A DNA stretch of 64,000 nucleotides, from NCBI RefSeq assembly GCF_004010195.1, contig NC_057731.1, positions 6,524,477-6,588,476 on the forward strand. The letters run 5' to 3'. The notes beneath the pieces are model-generated. The model saw only the letters and a list, made by a program, of their open reading frames with translations, was not told the DNA's origin and ran no database searches. This DNA comes from Chiloscyllium plagiosum. Lineage: Eukaryota. How positions within the stretch are numbered: the stretch's first letter is position 1; every line of letters begins with the position of its first letter. Shown piece after piece: positions 61,440 through 64,000 of the stretch. A program made the translations under genes and the position numbers.

Positions 61440-62290
61440 ATTCACTGCTGCCAGTATTAGAGAAAGAGGAGTTGATACTGTCAGGACTGCAATCTGTTAA
61501 GCTGGTTGGGACTAATATCCGAATGAAACAAGCAACTAGAACAGTTAACATGGCATTAAACCATTGAAGGCTGAGGGGGCAGTTAAAGAAATATCAAAGA
61601 ACCAGCAAAGGGTGTTAAGTTGAGTTATAAATAAGGACAGTGTGTCAAGAAGGGACAGAGAGCTCAGAAGTGATAATAGGATGTTGGCAATTGTGGTGAT
61701 ACGATGGGAAGGGAAAAATATTAAAGCTGAAAGAGCTTAGTAACAATAGCTGAGTTAGTAGCAAGTAGAAGTAATTGGTTTGATTTTAATAACTATGACT
61801 GTGATGTGAGTACAGAATGACTGCAAGGTTAGGAGCTAAATATTTTGGGACGATTTGACTTTTCAAAGAGATGGGTAAAATGAAAAAGTAGGAATAGTAG
61901 TCCTGAATGTAAAGGATGGGAGAAGAAAAGATAGTGTCTTAGGAAGGGAAGAGGTGGAATTGATTTGCATGGAGCTAATAAGTAACAAAGGGCAGAAAAT
62001 GCAGGTCAGAGTGGTTGCTGTCTGTTTAAGAGTACTTGTAGTGTTTGGCAGAATATACATCAGGAAATTAAAGATGCAGGAAACAAATCCCACCTATTGT
62101 AGGAGGTGCATAATAGTGTCACTGAACTCGGTGTTTAGAAAAACGTTCCACAATTAGGGTCTTTAATTGCTCTTACAGATTAAACAAAAGCAAATTTGCA
62201 GGAATTTTGTGGAGGGAGAGCTCAGGGAATGTACTCAATGTAATTTTCTAGATCAGTATGTTGTCAAACCAACATGGAAGCATTGTGTGA
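61440..62290 (+). mobile_element. Highly decayed CR1 fragment (ORF1/ORF2 junction, APE start)
   Basis: Weak VELICMEL.NKGQK, FLDQYVVKPT motifs. Confidence 0.45.
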
Positions 62291-62307
62291 TGAGATCAGG
62301 TAACTTA

Positions 62308-63540
62308 TAACAGCAACTTAAATAGCACTTTTAATTTAAAAATCCCAAGGAATTCACAGGAACATTATAAAGCACAATTTTATGCAAAACATGTAAAAAG
62401 CTCTTCAATCAAAGAGCTTAATTGCCGAGGTAGGTTTCAAGGAGTGTCTTATTGGAAGAAGGCAAAGCAGAGAGGTTTAGGGAGGGAATTCCAGCGCTTA
62501 GGCCATAGGTAACTCCGGCATAGCAACCAGAGATGGAGTGTTTAAAATCAGGGATGCTCACAAAGCCAGAATTAGATGAGTCTGATATCTCCGAGGCTTA
62601 TGGAGCTGGAGAAATTACAGAGACTGGGAAGAACAAAGCCTTTGGAGAAGTTTGTAATTAAAGGTGGGAACTTTAAAATCAAAGTGATGTTGACCTTGAG
62701 CCAGTACAGGCTAACATACAGGAGGGTGATAGCCGAACAGGATTTGCTTCAAATTAAAACAAAGGCAGCAGAGATGGCAAATTAGTGAAGGGTCAAACAG
62801 AATAGAATACAGCAGACCAGCTTGGAGCACTTTGGATCAGCCTTGTCTGGAGGATACTTGAGGATTTTCACAGCAAAGTCGCTGAGGCAGCCATGGGATT
62901 GGGCCATGTTACAGGCATTGAAATAGACCATCTTCGTAATGACATGAATATACAAGCAGAAACCAACTGAGGTCAGACATGACACTGAGGTTGCAAACAG
63001 TCGGGCTTCATCTCAGATGGTTGTCATGGAGAGGGACGGAGCTGGTAGATGCAGAATGGAGTTTGGAGCAGGAACTGAATATCTCGGCTTTAGTCTTTAT
63101 GATGTTTAATTGGAGGGAAGTTCTGCTCGTCCAATAGTGGATGCGGTATAGCGGTCTGATAATCCAGCAACAGGAGGGGAATTGTGAGAGCAGGGATAAT
63201 GTATATGCGAAAACTAATCTTGCTTTTGGATAACATCACCAAGAGACAGCTTGTGGGTGAGAAATAGGTTGAGCCAGAGCATTGATCATTGGGGACTATC
63301 AGCGTTAAGAGTACAGAACAGGAGGAAAGGCCTTTGCAAAAGACTCTCTGGCTTTGATTGGATAGATGAGAATGAAACCAAGTGAGTAAAGTTCGACCCA
63401 GTTGGATGAGAGCAGCAAAGTCTTTGAACAGAATGATGTGATCAAGTAGCTTGAGAAAGACAAGGACAGAAAGCTTACTTTGTCACAGTCACATGGGATG
63501 TCATTTGTAGCCAGGTGGAAAACTAATTGGAAAGTTTCTA
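62308..63540 (-). mobile_element. Decayed L2-type LINE 3' region
   Basis: 3' tail similar to the Deu-SINE tail in reverse; purine-rich + strand. Confidence 0.45.
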
Positions 63541-63717
63541 GCATGGAACGCATTTAAGTACTTACAAACACCATAGTAAAATAATATCTTGGATATAGTG
63601 ATCATATTATGATAGAATTTAACATCCAAACAAGCTAGTTTAGTTCAGAATTCAAGTTTTAACACTGGACAATGTAAATAACATAGGTATAAGGGATGGG
63701 TTGGTTAAAATCAACTG

Positions 63718-64000
63718 GGAGAAAGTGAGGACTGCAGATGCTGGAGATCACAGTCGAGAGTGTTTTCCTGGAAAAGCACAGCAGGTCAGGCAGCATCCGA
63801 GGAGCAGGAGAGTCGACGTTTCAGGGATAAGCCCTTCATCAGTCCTCAGCAAAGGCCTCACCTTCATTCCCCTATGCTCCCAAATCAAGGAATTCAACAC
63901 ACGTTGTGACATTCAACGCTTCTTCCGCAAGCTCATTCCTGATGAAGGCCTTATGCCCAAAACGTCAGTTACCTGATGAAGGAGCAGTGCTCTGAAAGCT
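63718..64000. mobile_element. Composite Penelope-like fragment: inverted pLTR, ORF N-terminal piece, pLTR, then a second-family pLTR (runs off the window)
   Basis: SVLSKGLTFIPL..EFNTRCDIQRFFRK; hammerhead cores at 63815-63842 (-), 63939-63966 (+) and 63973-64000 (+). Confidence 0.75.

Overview
Eukaryotic (vertebrate) DNA, almost certainly from a shark, judging by the HE1-type V-SINEs, HER1/CR1 LINEs, Deu-domain SINEs and Penelope-like repeats. The (TAATC)n SINE tails suggest a bamboo or epaulette-type carpet shark, which is an inference. The whole window lies inside one + strand gene, ankyrin-3 (ANK3/ankyrin-G). Ten phase-0 exons of 99 or 198 nt encode ankyrin repeats ~13-24. They are followed by linker exons of 73, 63 (cassette-like) and 133 nt and a 12-nt microexon (S-P-K-I-S); the next exon (LRSFSSD...) was not found in the window. 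Introns hold many retroelement fragments, three related solo LTRs, a MITE and a 3.4 kb 32-bp minisatellite. The main leads are: (1) many 25-430 bp Penelope-derived inserts with clear target-site duplications, inverted arms and hammerhead-ribozyme cores; (2) a minisatellite whose unit contains a perfect V(D)J RSS heptamer plus an 8/9 nonamer; (3) a cryptic 31-nt exon in a GC-rich, promoter-like island that would frameshift and stop ANK3 right after the membrane-binding domain; (4) inverted SINE pairs around regulated exons. There are no prokaryotic systems here, and nearly all ORFs in the supplied track are spurious. TE boundaries are approximate unless a TSD is quoted.
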